Positions 46,183 to 56,009 of a stretch of 64,000 nt of DNA are shown in pieces. Origin of the DNA: an uncultured cyanobacterium (GTDB taxonomy: Bacteria; Cyanobacteriota; Cyanobacteriia; PCC-6307; Cyanobiaceae). The notes under the pieces are model-generated. The model made no database searches. It was not told where the DNA came from and worked only from the letters and a program-made list of their open reading frames with translations. Location of the stretch: positions 64,001 to 128,000 of the forward strand of contig CAVONQ010000014.1 of the NCBI GenBank assembly GCA_963697335.1. The letters are read 5' to 3'. The first letter of the stretch is position 1. Every line of letters begins with the position of its first letter. Made by a program: the position numbers and the translations under genes.

Positions 46183-47409
46183 ATGACTACGTCGCAACAC
46201 TTTATTCTCCTCAGAGATCTCAATCAGGGCCGTCGTTTCACCGGGCTCTCAAGCCCTTCCCTTCCCTACCCCGGCGTGCGCAGTTTTGGCCTCGAACCGG
46301 CCGCCGACCTGCCTCCGGAGCCGGCGATCAGCCTGGAGACCCTCAGCCCTGCGGACCTGCGCGACGCAGCCCGTGACCCCGACGTGCTCGGTGTGGCCCG
46401 TTCCATGCCCACCCGCCTGATCGCCCCCACGGCATCGGACGCCCCCGGCACTGCGGGCGCGCCCACGGCGGTGGCCACGGGCCCCACCTGGGGCGTGCGG
46501 GCCGTGGGGGCTGACCGCAGCAGCTTCGATGGCTCAGGGGTGACCGTGGCCATCCTCGATACGGGCATCGACCGAAACCACCCCGCCTTTGCGGGAATGA
46601 CGCTCACCGAACTGGATTTCAGTGGCGACGGCGATGGCGATGTCAACGGCCACGGCACCCACTGCGCCGGCACCGTGTTCGGCCGCGATGTGGACGGCCA
46701 GCGCATCGGTGTGGCCCGGGGCGTGAACACGGCACTGATCGGCAAGGTGCTGGGGGATCAGGGCGGCGGCGGTTCCGAGATGCTGTTCAACGGCATGGAG
46801 TGGGCCATCCGCAACAACGCCCAGGTGCTGTCGATGTCGCTCGGCTTTGATTTCCCCGGCCTGGCGGCCAACCTGATCAGCCAGGGCTGGCCCGAGGCCC
46901 TGGCCACCAGCGCAGCCCTCGAGGGCTATCGCATGAATCTGCGCATGTTCGATCGCCTGCTGGCCATGCTGGAGGCCCGCGCCGCCTTCAACGGCGGCAC
47001 CGTGGTGGTGGCGGCCAGCGGCAACGAGTCCAGGCGGCCGGAGTTCGAGCTCTCGGCGTCCGTGCCGGCCGCGGCCCTGGGGGTGCTGTCGGTGGGGGCC
47101 CTCGGGGAGGGGCCGGCCGGCTTCACCGTGGCGTCGTTCTCCAACACCAACCCGGTGCTGGCCGCTCCTGGCGTGAATGTGGTGTCCGCCGCCACGGGCG
47201 GTGGGCTCAGGGCCCTCAACGGCACGAGCATGGCGGCGCCCCACGTGGCCGGCGTGGCGGCCCTGTGGTGGCAAGCGATCCGGGAGCGCGGCGTGCCGGT
47301 GAACGCCGGCGCGGTGCAGGCCCGCCTGCGGGCCATGGCCAGCCTCGATGGACTCGCTCCGGATCAGGATGTGCTCGACCGCGGCGACGGCATGGTGCAG
47401 GCCCCGTAG
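46183..47409 (+). CDS. S8 subtilisin-family serine peptidase
   Basis: ILDTGID, NGHGTH, AASGN, NGTSMAAPHVAG catalytic triad motifs. No evident signal peptide. Confidence 0.92.
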   Translation: MTTSQHFILLRDLNQGRRFTGLSSPSLPYPGVRSFGLEPAADLPPEPAISLETLSPADLRDAARDPDVLGVARSMPTRLIAPTASDAPGTAGAPTAVATGPTWGVRAVGADRSSFDGSGVTVAILDTGIDRNHPAFAGMTLTELDFSGDGDGDVNGHGTHCAGTVFGRDVDGQRIGVARGVNTALIGKVLGDQGGGGSEMLFNGMEWAIRNNAQVLSMSLGFDFPGLAANLISQGWPEALATSAALEGYRMNLRMFDRLLAMLEARAAFNGGTVVVAASGNESRRPEFELSASVPAAALGVLSVGALGEGPAGFTVASFSNTNPVLAAPGVNVVSAATGGGLRALNGTSMAAPHVAGVAALWWQAIRERGVPVNAGAVQARLRAMASLDGLAPDQDVLDRGDGMVQAP

Positions 47410-47412
47410 GGA

Positions 47413-48078
47413 TCACCAGGGCAGCAGGCTGCCGTTGGCGTGCCAGAAGCTGCCCGAGTTCTCCAGGGTGAGCGCGTCGATGCGCTGCAGCAGGCCATGC
47501 ACTGCCTCCTCGGCGCTGATCCCCTGGCTGGTGAAGCCCGTCATGCGGGTGCTCACCAGGCCCGGGTGCAGGATCGCCACGGCGATGCCACGGGGCCGCA
47601 GGTCGTGGGCCAGCGACTTGCCGGCCATGCCCAGGGCCACCTTCGACATCCGGTAGCCGTAGGAGCCGCCGGAACTGTTGTCGGCGATCGAGCCCATGCG
47701 GCTGCTCATCAGCGCCAGCTTCGAACCCCGGTGCAGCTGGCTGAGCAGGGCATGGGTGAGCCGCAGCGGCGCCACGGCATTGAGCTCGAACTGGCGCCGC
47801 AGGCTGGCGGGATCGAAGCGCTCCAGGCTGGTCCTCTCCAGCACGCCGGCGTTGAGGATCACCACATCGAGGGGCAGGCCCTCAAGCCGCCGCACCAGAT
47901 CCTCCACCGCGTCTTCCGCCGTGAGCTCCACCCCCGCCTCAATGCGCACGCCCAGCTGCTCCAGCTCCGGCGAGGCCGTGCGGCACACCGCGATCACGCT
48001 GTCGCCGCGGGCCTGCAGCTGGCGGCAATAGGCCATGCCGATGCCGCGGTTGGCGCCGGTGATCAGACAGGTGGCCAT
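47413..48078 (-). CDS. SDR family oxidoreductase
   Basis: ITGANRGIG, NAG, YRMSK, HPGLV. Confidence 0.92.
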   Translation of the reverse strand: MATCLITGANRGIGMAYCRQLQARGDSVIAVCRTASPELEQLGVRIEAGVELTAEDAVEDLVRRLEGLPLDVVILNAGVLERTSLERFDPASLRRQFELNAVAPLRLTHALLSQLHRGSKLALMSSRMGSIADNSSGGSYGYRMSKVALGMAGKSLAHDLRPRGIAVAILHPGLVSTRMTGFTSQGISAEEAVHGLLQRIDALTLENSGSFWHANGSLLPW

Positions 48079-48218
48079 GGCGGAACCCCGGCGACGGGTG
48101 AAGGCGGACTGCCGCACCCTCTCACCTCCCCGCGCTTCCGCAAAGCCCTCCCCGCTCCCCTTGGGCAGCTGCCGGAGCTTCAATGGTGGCCCACGCCTGT
48201 CGGAGCCCCCTCGCAGCG

Positions 48219-49058
48219 ATGGCCGAACACCTGGTGGGCCACGTGGAGGCGCTGTGGCGCTACCCGCTCAAATCGATGCAGGGCGAGCGGCCGCCGCGGG
48301 TGGACGTGACCGCCGGCGGCATCTGCGGTGACCGGGCCTATGCCCTCTGGGACCACGCCACCCAGCGGGTGGCCAGTGCCAAGAACCCCCTGATCTGGCA
48401 GGCCCTGCTGGGCTATCGCGCCCGCTACGGCTCACCACCGCAGCCGGGTGAGCCCCTGCCGGCCCTGGCGATTGCCCCGGAACAGCCAAGCGGTGGCACC
48501 TCAGCGGCCCCTCCTCTGCTGAGCAGCGATCCCGTCATCGATGCCGCCCTGTCCCAGCTGCTGGGCCGGGAGGTGAGCCTGCTGCACCAGGCCCCGGCGG
48601 GGGCCAGCCTCGACCAGTACTGGCCCGATGTGCCGGAGCGGGATTTTCAGAACGTGGTGAACGAGCTGCCGCTGCCGGAGGGCACGTTCTTTGATGCCTG
48701 CCCCATCCATGCCCTCACCACCGCCACCCTGGAGCGGCTGCGGCAACTGGAACCCCAGCTCGATTTCGCCGTGGAGCGCTTTCGCCCCAACCTGCTGATC
48801 CGCCCCTGCGGACCGGGCGAGGGGTTCGTGGAGCAGGAGTGGATCGGCAGCGATCTGCGCCTGGGCCGCGAGGCCCTGCTGCGGGTGGATGGCGGCTGCC
48901 CCCGCTGCGTGGTCACCACCCTGGCCCAGGGCGATCTGCCCCAGGAGATCGAGATCCTGCGGGCCACGGCTCGCCACAACAAGGTGGTGGCCGGCATCCG
49001 CCTTTCGGTGCTGGAGCCGGGGGCCGTGGCGGTGGGGGATCCGGTGCTGCTCAGCTGA
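48219..49058 (+). CDS. MOSC domain protein
   Basis: LWRYPLKSMQGE, GDRAYAL, RFRPNL, CPRCVVT. Confidence 0.9.
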   Translation: MAEHLVGHVEALWRYPLKSMQGERPPRVDVTAGGICGDRAYALWDHATQRVASAKNPLIWQALLGYRARYGSPPQPGEPLPALAIAPEQPSGGTSAAPPLLSSDPVIDAALSQLLGREVSLLHQAPAGASLDQYWPDVPERDFQNVVNELPLPEGTFFDACPIHALTTATLERLRQLEPQLDFAVERFRPNLLIRPCGPGEGFVEQEWIGSDLRLGREALLRVDGGCPRCVVTTLAQGDLPQEIEILRATARHNKVVAGIRLSVLEPGAVAVGDPVLLS

Positions 49059-49085
49059 GCCCTACGTGGGGCATCAACGGCAACC

Positions 49086-49596
49086 TCAGCGAAAGCCCAC
49101 CGGCGCCGGCGCCGCCTTGGCCTGGGGGGGCACGGCCACCACATTGAAGGCGAGCGAGAGGCGATCCCCCTCACCCCGGAAGGGGGCGACGGAGTGCGGT
49201 TGCCAGGCGGGAAACACGTAGAAATCGCCGGGCACCGGCACCACGTAGTGGGCCATGCCGGTGCGGAAGCTCTGGATGTGCCAGTCCTCCGGGCCGTAGA
49301 AGCAGAGCTGGCCATCGAAGCGCTCTGCCGTGATCTGGGGGGGCACCTCCAGAAACACGACGCCTGAGAAGGTGCCGCCGTGGGTGTGGGTGGGGTTGTA
49401 GTCCCCCGCCCGCTGCACGTTCAGCCACACATCCACCAGCAGCACTTGGGCACAGAGCTCCACCACCGGGGGATACTGGGGCCCCAGCTCCCGCTGCAGG
49501 GGCCAGCTGCTGCAGGCCTGAGAGCAAGGGGCCGGGCAGCTCACCCTTCAGCAGGTGGCGGGGGAAGAGGCTCAACCCCTCCATGCGGGGGTCCAT
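49086..49596 (-). pseudogene. Putative 2OG-Fe(II) oxygenase (TIGR02466-like), frameshifted and probably internally deleted
   Basis: The N-terminus MDPRMEGLSLFPRHLLKGEL is in one frame. WLNVQRAGDYNPTHTH...FPAWQPHSV...DRLSLAFN is in another. The junction is near 49500. Confidence 0.65.
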
Positions 49597-49641
49597 GGCG
49601 CTGCAGAGCTTCCGGCAGAACTCTTGCAGAGTCCCTGTCTT

Positions 49642-50802
49642 TCAAGCCAACACCTCATCTGGGCACTCTGCCTCATGCCGCAGATCCAGAGAGAACAAGG
49701 CAGGCAGGGGGTCGTGCTGGAACTTCCGCCTCAGGGCGGCAGGAATTAGCCGTGCGAAAGGGATCCGGGGCAGGGGCAGTTCCTGCATCGGTTCGGAAGA
49801 ACCGTAGAGGTGGAGGTACTCGTCATAGTTGTCCCAGTCCTCCCGGGTGAAGCCGATACCGCGGAAGTTGGCGAAATAGGTTTCCACTGGCAGTCCATTG
49901 GCCCAGATCAGCCCGTGGGCTTCTAGCTCCACGTTGTAGTAGGTGTAGTACTCGTCCGCCTGGGCAGGATCCAGTTGTCTGATTGAGTAGTTGTTCAGCA
50001 GGGCACCGGCCTCCACGAGGTGACCATCGAGATCGATGGCATGGCTGGGGCTCATGAAGGTGTCGCGGCAGGGACCTAACTCACCGAGGGCTCCAGCGCT
50101 CAAGCGCACGGGCAGCTTGCCCATGGCCACAAGGGCGTTGCGATGGCGTCGGGTGCGGCAGACAAACTTCACAGGCTGGGGCCCTTCGGCGGTACTGATG
50201 AGATCACCGGGCTGCAGGGTTTCAATCTTCTGCTCTCCTTTTGGCGTAGCAATCAGGGTGCCAGGCAGGAAACAGACCACCCACAACACATCGGTAAAAT
50301 AGTTGTTCGCATTGAATGATTGCTGCGGGAAGGCACCAACCGCCTCTGCAAAAAGGCCATTACCGATACCCCCACCACTAAGCCCCAAGGGCTGGCCACT
50401 CGCAGGGGCAGACAAGAAACCACCCGGAGCGCTGTAGTCAGAATCGAAAAAAGAGCCCGTAAATGCATATGCATCATCAACACCATCATCGTCATAGCCA
50501 TAAGAAACGATATAAAGCTCGCCACCCGTGATCTGAATGGGGATGGGCAACGAGCCAACTTGCCAGCCGACATCGCCCACGCCGGAGCTGATCGTCAGCG
50601 ACACCAAAGGAGCACCACTGATGTTCCAAAGCGTCAACGTGCGCTCGTCCACATCCCCTGAATCTTCCAGGATGCGGTAATAGCGCAGACCTGTAATCAG
50701 CCCATCTTCGCTGGATCTGAATTTTGTAGCTAGCTCGTAGTCATTGGGGTCACTGCCTACACCCTGTGGCGTGAGACCAGTAAACAGGCTGAACGAAGTC
50801 AT
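49642..50802 (-). CDS. DUF4082-type domain fused to a Hint (bacterial intein-like, type B) domain
   Basis: YELATKFRSSEDGLITGLRYY...GWQ...YIVSY...NYFTDV, then CFLPGTLIATP...L..GD...SPSHAI...YYNVELEAH..IWANGLPVETY. Confidence 0.85.
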   Translation of the reverse strand: MTSFSLFTGLTPQGVGSDPNDYELATKFRSSEDGLITGLRYYRILEDSGDVDERTLTLWNISGAPLVSLTISSGVGDVGWQVGSLPIPIQITGGELYIVSYGYDDDGVDDAYAFTGSFFDSDYSAPGGFLSAPASGQPLGLSGGGIGNGLFAEAVGAFPQQSFNANNYFTDVLWVVCFLPGTLIATPKGEQKIETLQPGDLISTAEGPQPVKFVCRTRRHRNALVAMGKLPVRLSAGALGELGPCRDTFMSPSHAIDLDGHLVEAGALLNNYSIRQLDPAQADEYYTYYNVELEAHGLIWANGLPVETYFANFRGIGFTREDWDNYDEYLHLYGSSEPMQELPLPRIPFARLIPAALRRKFQHDPLPALFSLDLRHEAECPDEVLA

Positions 50803-52156
50803 GGCTGCGGTGCAGGCTGAAGACGATGATGAGGCTGTTGCTTGAATATCACTTTCGACGCTGACGAAGAACTGGACAGTCCGCTTCGACCAAGGGGTCA
50901 TCCATGGTGGGACAAAGACTTAGGCGCAGCAGAAGATTTACAGTAGAAGCGTTTACCTCGGAAGTACTTTCCGCACGATAGGCGAACCTTCAATGTAATC
51001 CTATGGTCAACCCAGCAAGAACGGAATGCGAATGAGCTCAAAGTTGCGTGATAGGAATAGCTTTGCACCTCTCTGACAATGGGGCAACAGAAGTTTGGAG
51101 GTGGTCGCGATGCGCCGCGAAAGCGGACTGACTGGGCCCAGAGCTCATCAAACGGCTGTCACCCAAGTCGTGACTGGGTCTGCAGGGGGCGTGCGGTCGG
51201 CTGATGCGTTTCTGCTTGGGCACGAAAATGCCCTTGCCAAGCCCCCCTCCCAGCCTGATCAACGTTCGTCGGATAGGCCCAATTGGCAGCGCCACCTGAA
51301 ACGTGATGGTCAGAGTACGTTGGGTAGAATGGGTTCACAAGTGCTGGCCGTAGCGAACGGGGCCACTGGGAATCGTTAGCCGTTGCCAGGAGCGACAGGC
51401 ATGACCAACTGCGTTGCGACTTTCTCCCGCTGTAGGCCTGCAGCTGCAGAGCAGGATCCCTGGCCTTCTGATCTGCTATCAACAGCGACAGGCCTGCAGG
51501 TGGAACAGCACCATCGCCGCGATAGATCCCATGGCAGCGAGAGGCACACCTCTGAGGGAGTCATCTGAGTAGCGCGCATGGAAATCCGCATGTCGCGAGT
51601 CGGCACGAAACGATGGGCAGGATGAACACCAGCGCCGCCCACGGTCGCAGGGGCAACCATCGATTCAGCTTTAAGCCAAAGAGAAGCGTTGGCAGGCCGG
51701 TTGGAGAATAGGAGGAAGAGCGTAAAGGGACCTTGATCCCAGCAAAGAACATACAGACCAACTCTTTTTAGGCAAAAGACAGCGACACTGAGGACATAAT
51801 AAAACCTGCCGATGATTCTTTTTGGACGGGCTGAGGCAAGCGAGCACTGGGGAATCGGGAACCCAGCCATCTGAAATGGAAACCAGCTGACGCATTTAGA
51901 TCAGAGATATACGGATTCCTGAACAACACAAGATTCAGGTATTTGTGGCTTTGCTGATCCAGCCAGGGCTCGTCTTGACAAGCGCAGCACCGACAGATAA
52001 CTTGCATTCTTGAGGGCCTAGGACTCCCCGAGCTCGCGTCACGTTGACGCCTCAAGGGATGTTTCCTGTCGCCTCAAATATGCTTCAATAGACCGCTCAC
52101 TATTCACTCGAATCTTTTGCCTCACGCCCAATCAGTTCCAAATTGCCAGCAACAAC

Positions 52157-54838
52157 GTGCACCTCTCAGACCTCACGCCCACCGAGAGCATCAACGGCTG
52201 GGGGCCTTACGAAGTCGACCGCAGCAACGGCGAGCGTGGTGCCAATGATGGCCGAACTCTCACCCTGAATGGCGTCACCTACGCCAAGGGCCTCGGTGTT
52301 CATTCCTTCTCATCGCTCACCTACGCCCTCGACAACCGTTTCAGTCGCTTCCAATCCTTCATCGGAGTCGATGATGAAGTAGGCAACTTTGGGTCAGTGA
52401 ACTTTAGAGTTCTTGTCGATGGACAGGAGATCTTCAGATCAAACACCCTTACAGGATCATCACCTACCCAGGCCATTGATCTTGACGTTTCGGGGAAACG
52501 GACTCTCCAATTGATCGTTGACAATGCCGACGGCAGGAGCGATTTCGACCACGCCAACTGGGCTGACGCCAAGCTGGTCAGTGCCCCGACCTCCCCTGCC
52601 ACCCTTCCCTCCATCAGTCTGGCCCTGGCCCCCACAGCCGTCCAGGAGGATGGGAGCCAAAACCTTGCTTACACCTTCACCCGCACAGGCGACACCAGCT
52701 CAGCTCTGAAGGTCAACTACACCGTCCGTGGGAGCGCCACCAACGGCACGGACTACTCCGGCATCAGCACCGCTGGGGCCACCAAAGCCGTCACCTTTGC
52801 CGCTGGCGCCACCAGCGCCGTTGTCACCGTTAATCCCACAGCTGATACCACGGTGGAGGCCAACGAAACCGTTGTCCTCTCGCTCGCGGCCGGCACCGGC
52901 TACACCATCGGCACCCAGGGCGCCGTCACCGGGACCATCAGGAACGATGACGTAGCCGCCCCGACACCAACACCATCACCGGCACCAGCACCGACCACAA
53001 CGTCGAGTCAGGTCAGCCTGCTTGACAGAGCTGGCGTAGGAGTCAACGGACGGGTCTATAACGATAATCAACCTGTCGAGCTTGGCATGGCCTTCAGTGT
53101 TGCCAGCAATGGCAAGATTGGAGAGCTGAAGTATTGGCGTGCCGCCGAGGACGCCAACGACACAGATGTGCGCGACATTCGCCTTTGGCGCAGCTCCGAT
53201 GGAGCCCTACTCTCATCCGCTAAGATCACATCTACCCCAGGTCAATCTGGGTGGCAGCGGGCACGCCTCAGCACTCCTGTTGATGTCGTGACAGGCCAGG
53301 AATACATCGTGTCCTATAGGACAAACGACAATTACTACGCGACAACTAACTTTTTCAGCCCTGCCAACGAAGCTGCCTTTGACGGCAGAGACGATAATAC
53401 CTTTAGCGACCCATCCGGAGTCATCCGTACTCCCCAGACTGGCGGAAGTTCAAGGAACAGCCTGTACAGCTATGGGAGTGCTGTGACACGTCCCAACCAA
53501 AGTTTCTCAGGATCAAATTACTGGGTTGATGCTGGCTTCTCCCCGCTCAGCACCTCTGAGCCTCCCAAGGAGAACAACAGTGCCGGTTCGCCGGCCTCCA
53601 TCAGCCTGGCCCTGGCACCCGCTGCGGTTCAAGAAGATGGCAGCGCAAATCTCACCTACACCTTCACGCGCAGTGGCAACACCAGCTCAGCACTGAGCGT
53701 CAACTACACCGTAGGCGGTACCGCCATCAACGGGAGCGACTACACCGGCATCAGCACCAGCGGGAGCACCAAGACTGTCAGCTTCGCCGCCGGCTCGTCC
53801 AACGCGGTTGTCAACGTCAATCCCACAGCAGACACCACAGTTGAAGCCGACGAAACCGTGGCCCTCTCCCTGGCAACAGGCAATGGCTACGGCATCGGCA
53901 CAACTGGTGCTGTCATAGGCACCATCAGCAATGACGACGTTGCGACGCCAACCCCGCCCTCCTTCCCGAGCGATGTGAGCATCCCCAGCAATGGCTGGTC
54001 GGTGAACGAAAACAATGTGGGCCTGGCGCAGTTCGGGATTGAGGGCGAATCTCTACCTGTCTACACCGGGCCCTATGAAATTCCAGCTGGCAGCGTGATC
54101 ACAGGCATGCGCTTCACCAGCCCTGTAAGCCTTTACCAGGGCAACATCACGATCGAAAAAAGCATCTTCCAGCCCACAAGTGCTGGTCGCGGCCTACCAA
54201 TCGTGACAACGACGAACTACAACGGCAATTACGAGTCTGCCAAGGGCAAGGTGGTGATCCGTGACAGTGAGTTCGACGGCAGCAAGCTCAACACCGAAAC
54301 CGCTGGCTGGGCCACCGCGTTCATCGGCGTTGCAGACCTCCAGCGCAACTATGTGCACGGCTTCGGAAGTGGCTTTGCATTAATGAACACCGGCAGGCAA
54401 TTTGACTCACTCATCGAGGGCAACTACATCACAAGATTGATTGCGTTTGGCAATCCAGCCACCACTGGCAACCACAATAATGCCTTCACCATCCGCGACT
54501 TTAGTGATGCCCAGCGCTCCGATCGCCGAGCCATCGTTCGGGGCAACCGCTTCGTTGCTGACTCCAACAACACCACCAGTGCGTTCTTCATCCAGGCCAA
54601 CACCGGACGAATTGACAACGTCAGCGTCGAGAACAATCTTCTTGAGGGCAGGGGTTACAACATTGGCCTGGAATCCAACAATGGGGGCTACAGCAATGTG
54701 AATGTCAGCAACAACCGTTTCAACCCCACTGGTTTTGGCGCCGCCTACGTCAATGGCGGCCCTGGGTGGAACAGCTGGAGCAACAACTTCCGTTACAACT
54801 CTGCCAACCCGAACGGAGCAGGAGCTGCCATCCTCTAG
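52157..54838 (+). CDS. Large carbohydrate-binding/surface protein: NPCBM + Calx-beta + DUF4082 + Calx-beta + parallel beta-helix
   Basis: LSDL..NGWGP.E.DRSNGE...YAKGLGVH...DHANWADAKL (NPCBM); two TFTR.G.TS..L.VNYTV.G.A.NG.DY...E..ETV repeats; VELGMAF...GWQ...YIVSY...NYWVD; Asn/Gly-rich beta-helix tail. Confidence 0.85.
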   Translation: MHLSDLTPTESINGWGPYEVDRSNGERGANDGRTLTLNGVTYAKGLGVHSFSSLTYALDNRFSRFQSFIGVDDEVGNFGSVNFRVLVDGQEIFRSNTLTGSSPTQAIDLDVSGKRTLQLIVDNADGRSDFDHANWADAKLVSAPTSPATLPSISLALAPTAVQEDGSQNLAYTFTRTGDTSSALKVNYTVRGSATNGTDYSGISTAGATKAVTFAAGATSAVVTVNPTADTTVEANETVVLSLAAGTGYTIGTQGAVTGTIRNDDVAAPTPTPSPAPAPTTTSSQVSLLDRAGVGVNGRVYNDNQPVELGMAFSVASNGKIGELKYWRAAEDANDTDVRDIRLWRSSDGALLSSAKITSTPGQSGWQRARLSTPVDVVTGQEYIVSYRTNDNYYATTNFFSPANEAAFDGRDDNTFSDPSGVIRTPQTGGSSRNSLYSYGSAVTRPNQSFSGSNYWVDAGFSPLSTSEPPKENNSAGSPASISLALAPAAVQEDGSANLTYTFTRSGNTSSALSVNYTVGGTAINGSDYTGISTSGSTKTVSFAAGSSNAVVNVNPTADTTVEADETVALSLATGNGYGIGTTGAVIGTISNDDVATPTPPSFPSDVSIPSNGWSVNENNVGLAQFGIEGESLPVYTGPYEIPAGSVITGMRFTSPVSLYQGNITIEKSIFQPTSAGRGLPIVTTTNYNGNYESAKGKVVIRDSEFDGSKLNTETAGWATAFIGVADLQRNYVHGFGSGFALMNTGRQFDSLIEGNYITRLIAFGNPATTGNHNNAFTIRDFSDAQRSDRRAIVRGNRFVADSNNTTSAFFIQANTGRIDNVSVENNLLEGRGYNIGLESNNGGYSNVNVSNNRFNPTGFGAAYVNGGPGWNSWSNNFRYNSANPNGAGAAIL
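52611..53940 (+). repeat. Internal duplication of a ~343-bp Calx-beta-like unit (52611-52953 and 53598-53940)
   Basis: Both copies run from SISLALAP to NDDV, with similar DNA sequence. Confidence 0.8.
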
Positions 54839-54866
54839 CTGAGGACCGAGGCCTGCCAGGCCTCGT

Positions 54867-56009
54867 TCATAACGGCTGCTTTGGGGAGATACCGGCGAGG
54901 CGAAGCATCTGAGCAGCACGGTTTGACCAGCCGTGCTCTCTGGCCAGCCGCTGGCGCTCTTCGGCGTCGGCCGGCGAAGGCGGTGTCGCGATGCACGCCA
55001 CCACGTGGGCTGCAAACGCCTCCGGCCCTCCGGCCAGACGGATGTGCTCGGTCGCCAACCAGCGCGAGGCATCCAGGTCCGTGGACACCACCGGCAATCC
55101 CGCAGCGAGATAGTCCAGGGTTTTGAGAGGAAAGCTGGCCTGGTTGAAGGGCGTGGTGCGATACGGAGTCAATCCCACGCGCACCGCACGCAATTCTTCC
55201 GCCACCCGTTCGGGGGGCATCCGCCCCAGCCACTCCACCCCCGGGCAAGCCAGCAGCTGATCCAACCGACTCCCGTAGTCAGGGTCGCGATCGGCACGAG
55301 GGCCCAGGACCCGCAGGTGCACGCCGGCCGCCACCACTGCCTCAAGACAGGCCAGATCAAGCCGCTCGTTCAGCTGGCCGATCAGGATCGCCACCGCGTC
55401 AGATCCATGGGGTGGCGCACCGGGGGACGGCGCTCCGTTAGGCAGCATCTCAGCAGGCACACCCTCCGCCCCCAAGGAGCGGAGCTGCTGGAGAAGCACC
55501 GGAGCCACCGCAGCCACGGCGTCCGCCTCGCGGGCGTTGGCCGCCATCACGCAGCGCACCCAGCGCCGCGAGAGTCCCATCAGGCTGGCGCCGGCCAGCC
55601 AGTCGTCTGTGGCGAACAGGATGCGCTGACCGCCAAGGCGGCGGGGAAACCGTGTCACCGGGTTGGCTACCACCACCGCCGCCGATTCAATCCCCGCGGG
55701 GAGAGCGCGCCGCAGCGTCCACCACTGCAGCAGCCTGGTGATCAGACGACCCGGCGGCTTGGTGAACAGGGGTGGGGCCGGCACTCGCACACGGAGAACC
55801 TGCGGCAGCACCTGCTCGATGGCAGGAGGCTTCCCCCGCAGCCAGCCGGCCCACTGGCCGCGGTGCGGGGAGTCGACGTAGATGACGGGGTGGGCGAGGG
55901 CGATCGCCTCCACCATGCGGCGTTCGTTACCGGGCAAGTCGTCCCAGCCGACGCCGGAAAGCCACACGATGGGGCCGCCTCTGGTGGGGGCTATGGTGAG
56001 GTCAGTCAT
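54867..56009 (-). CDS. Glycosyltransferase (GT-B, family 1/4-like)
   Basis: PNG, IGQLNERLD, FPLKTLDYLAAGLPVVST. Confidence 0.88.
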   Translation of the reverse strand: MTDLTIAPTRGGPIVWLSGVGWDDLPGNERRMVEAIALAHPVIYVDSPHRGQWAGWLRGKPPAIEQVLPQVLRVRVPAPPLFTKPPGRLITRLLQWWTLRRALPAGIESAAVVVANPVTRFPRRLGGQRILFATDDWLAGASLMGLSRRWVRCVMAANAREADAVAAVAPVLLQQLRSLGAEGVPAEMLPNGAPSPGAPPHGSDAVAILIGQLNERLDLACLEAVVAAGVHLRVLGPRADRDPDYGSRLDQLLACPGVEWLGRMPPERVAEELRAVRVGLTPYRTTPFNQASFPLKTLDYLAAGLPVVSTDLDASRWLATEHIRLAGGPEAFAAHVVACIATPPSPADAEERQRLAREHGWSNRAAQMLRLAGISPKQPL

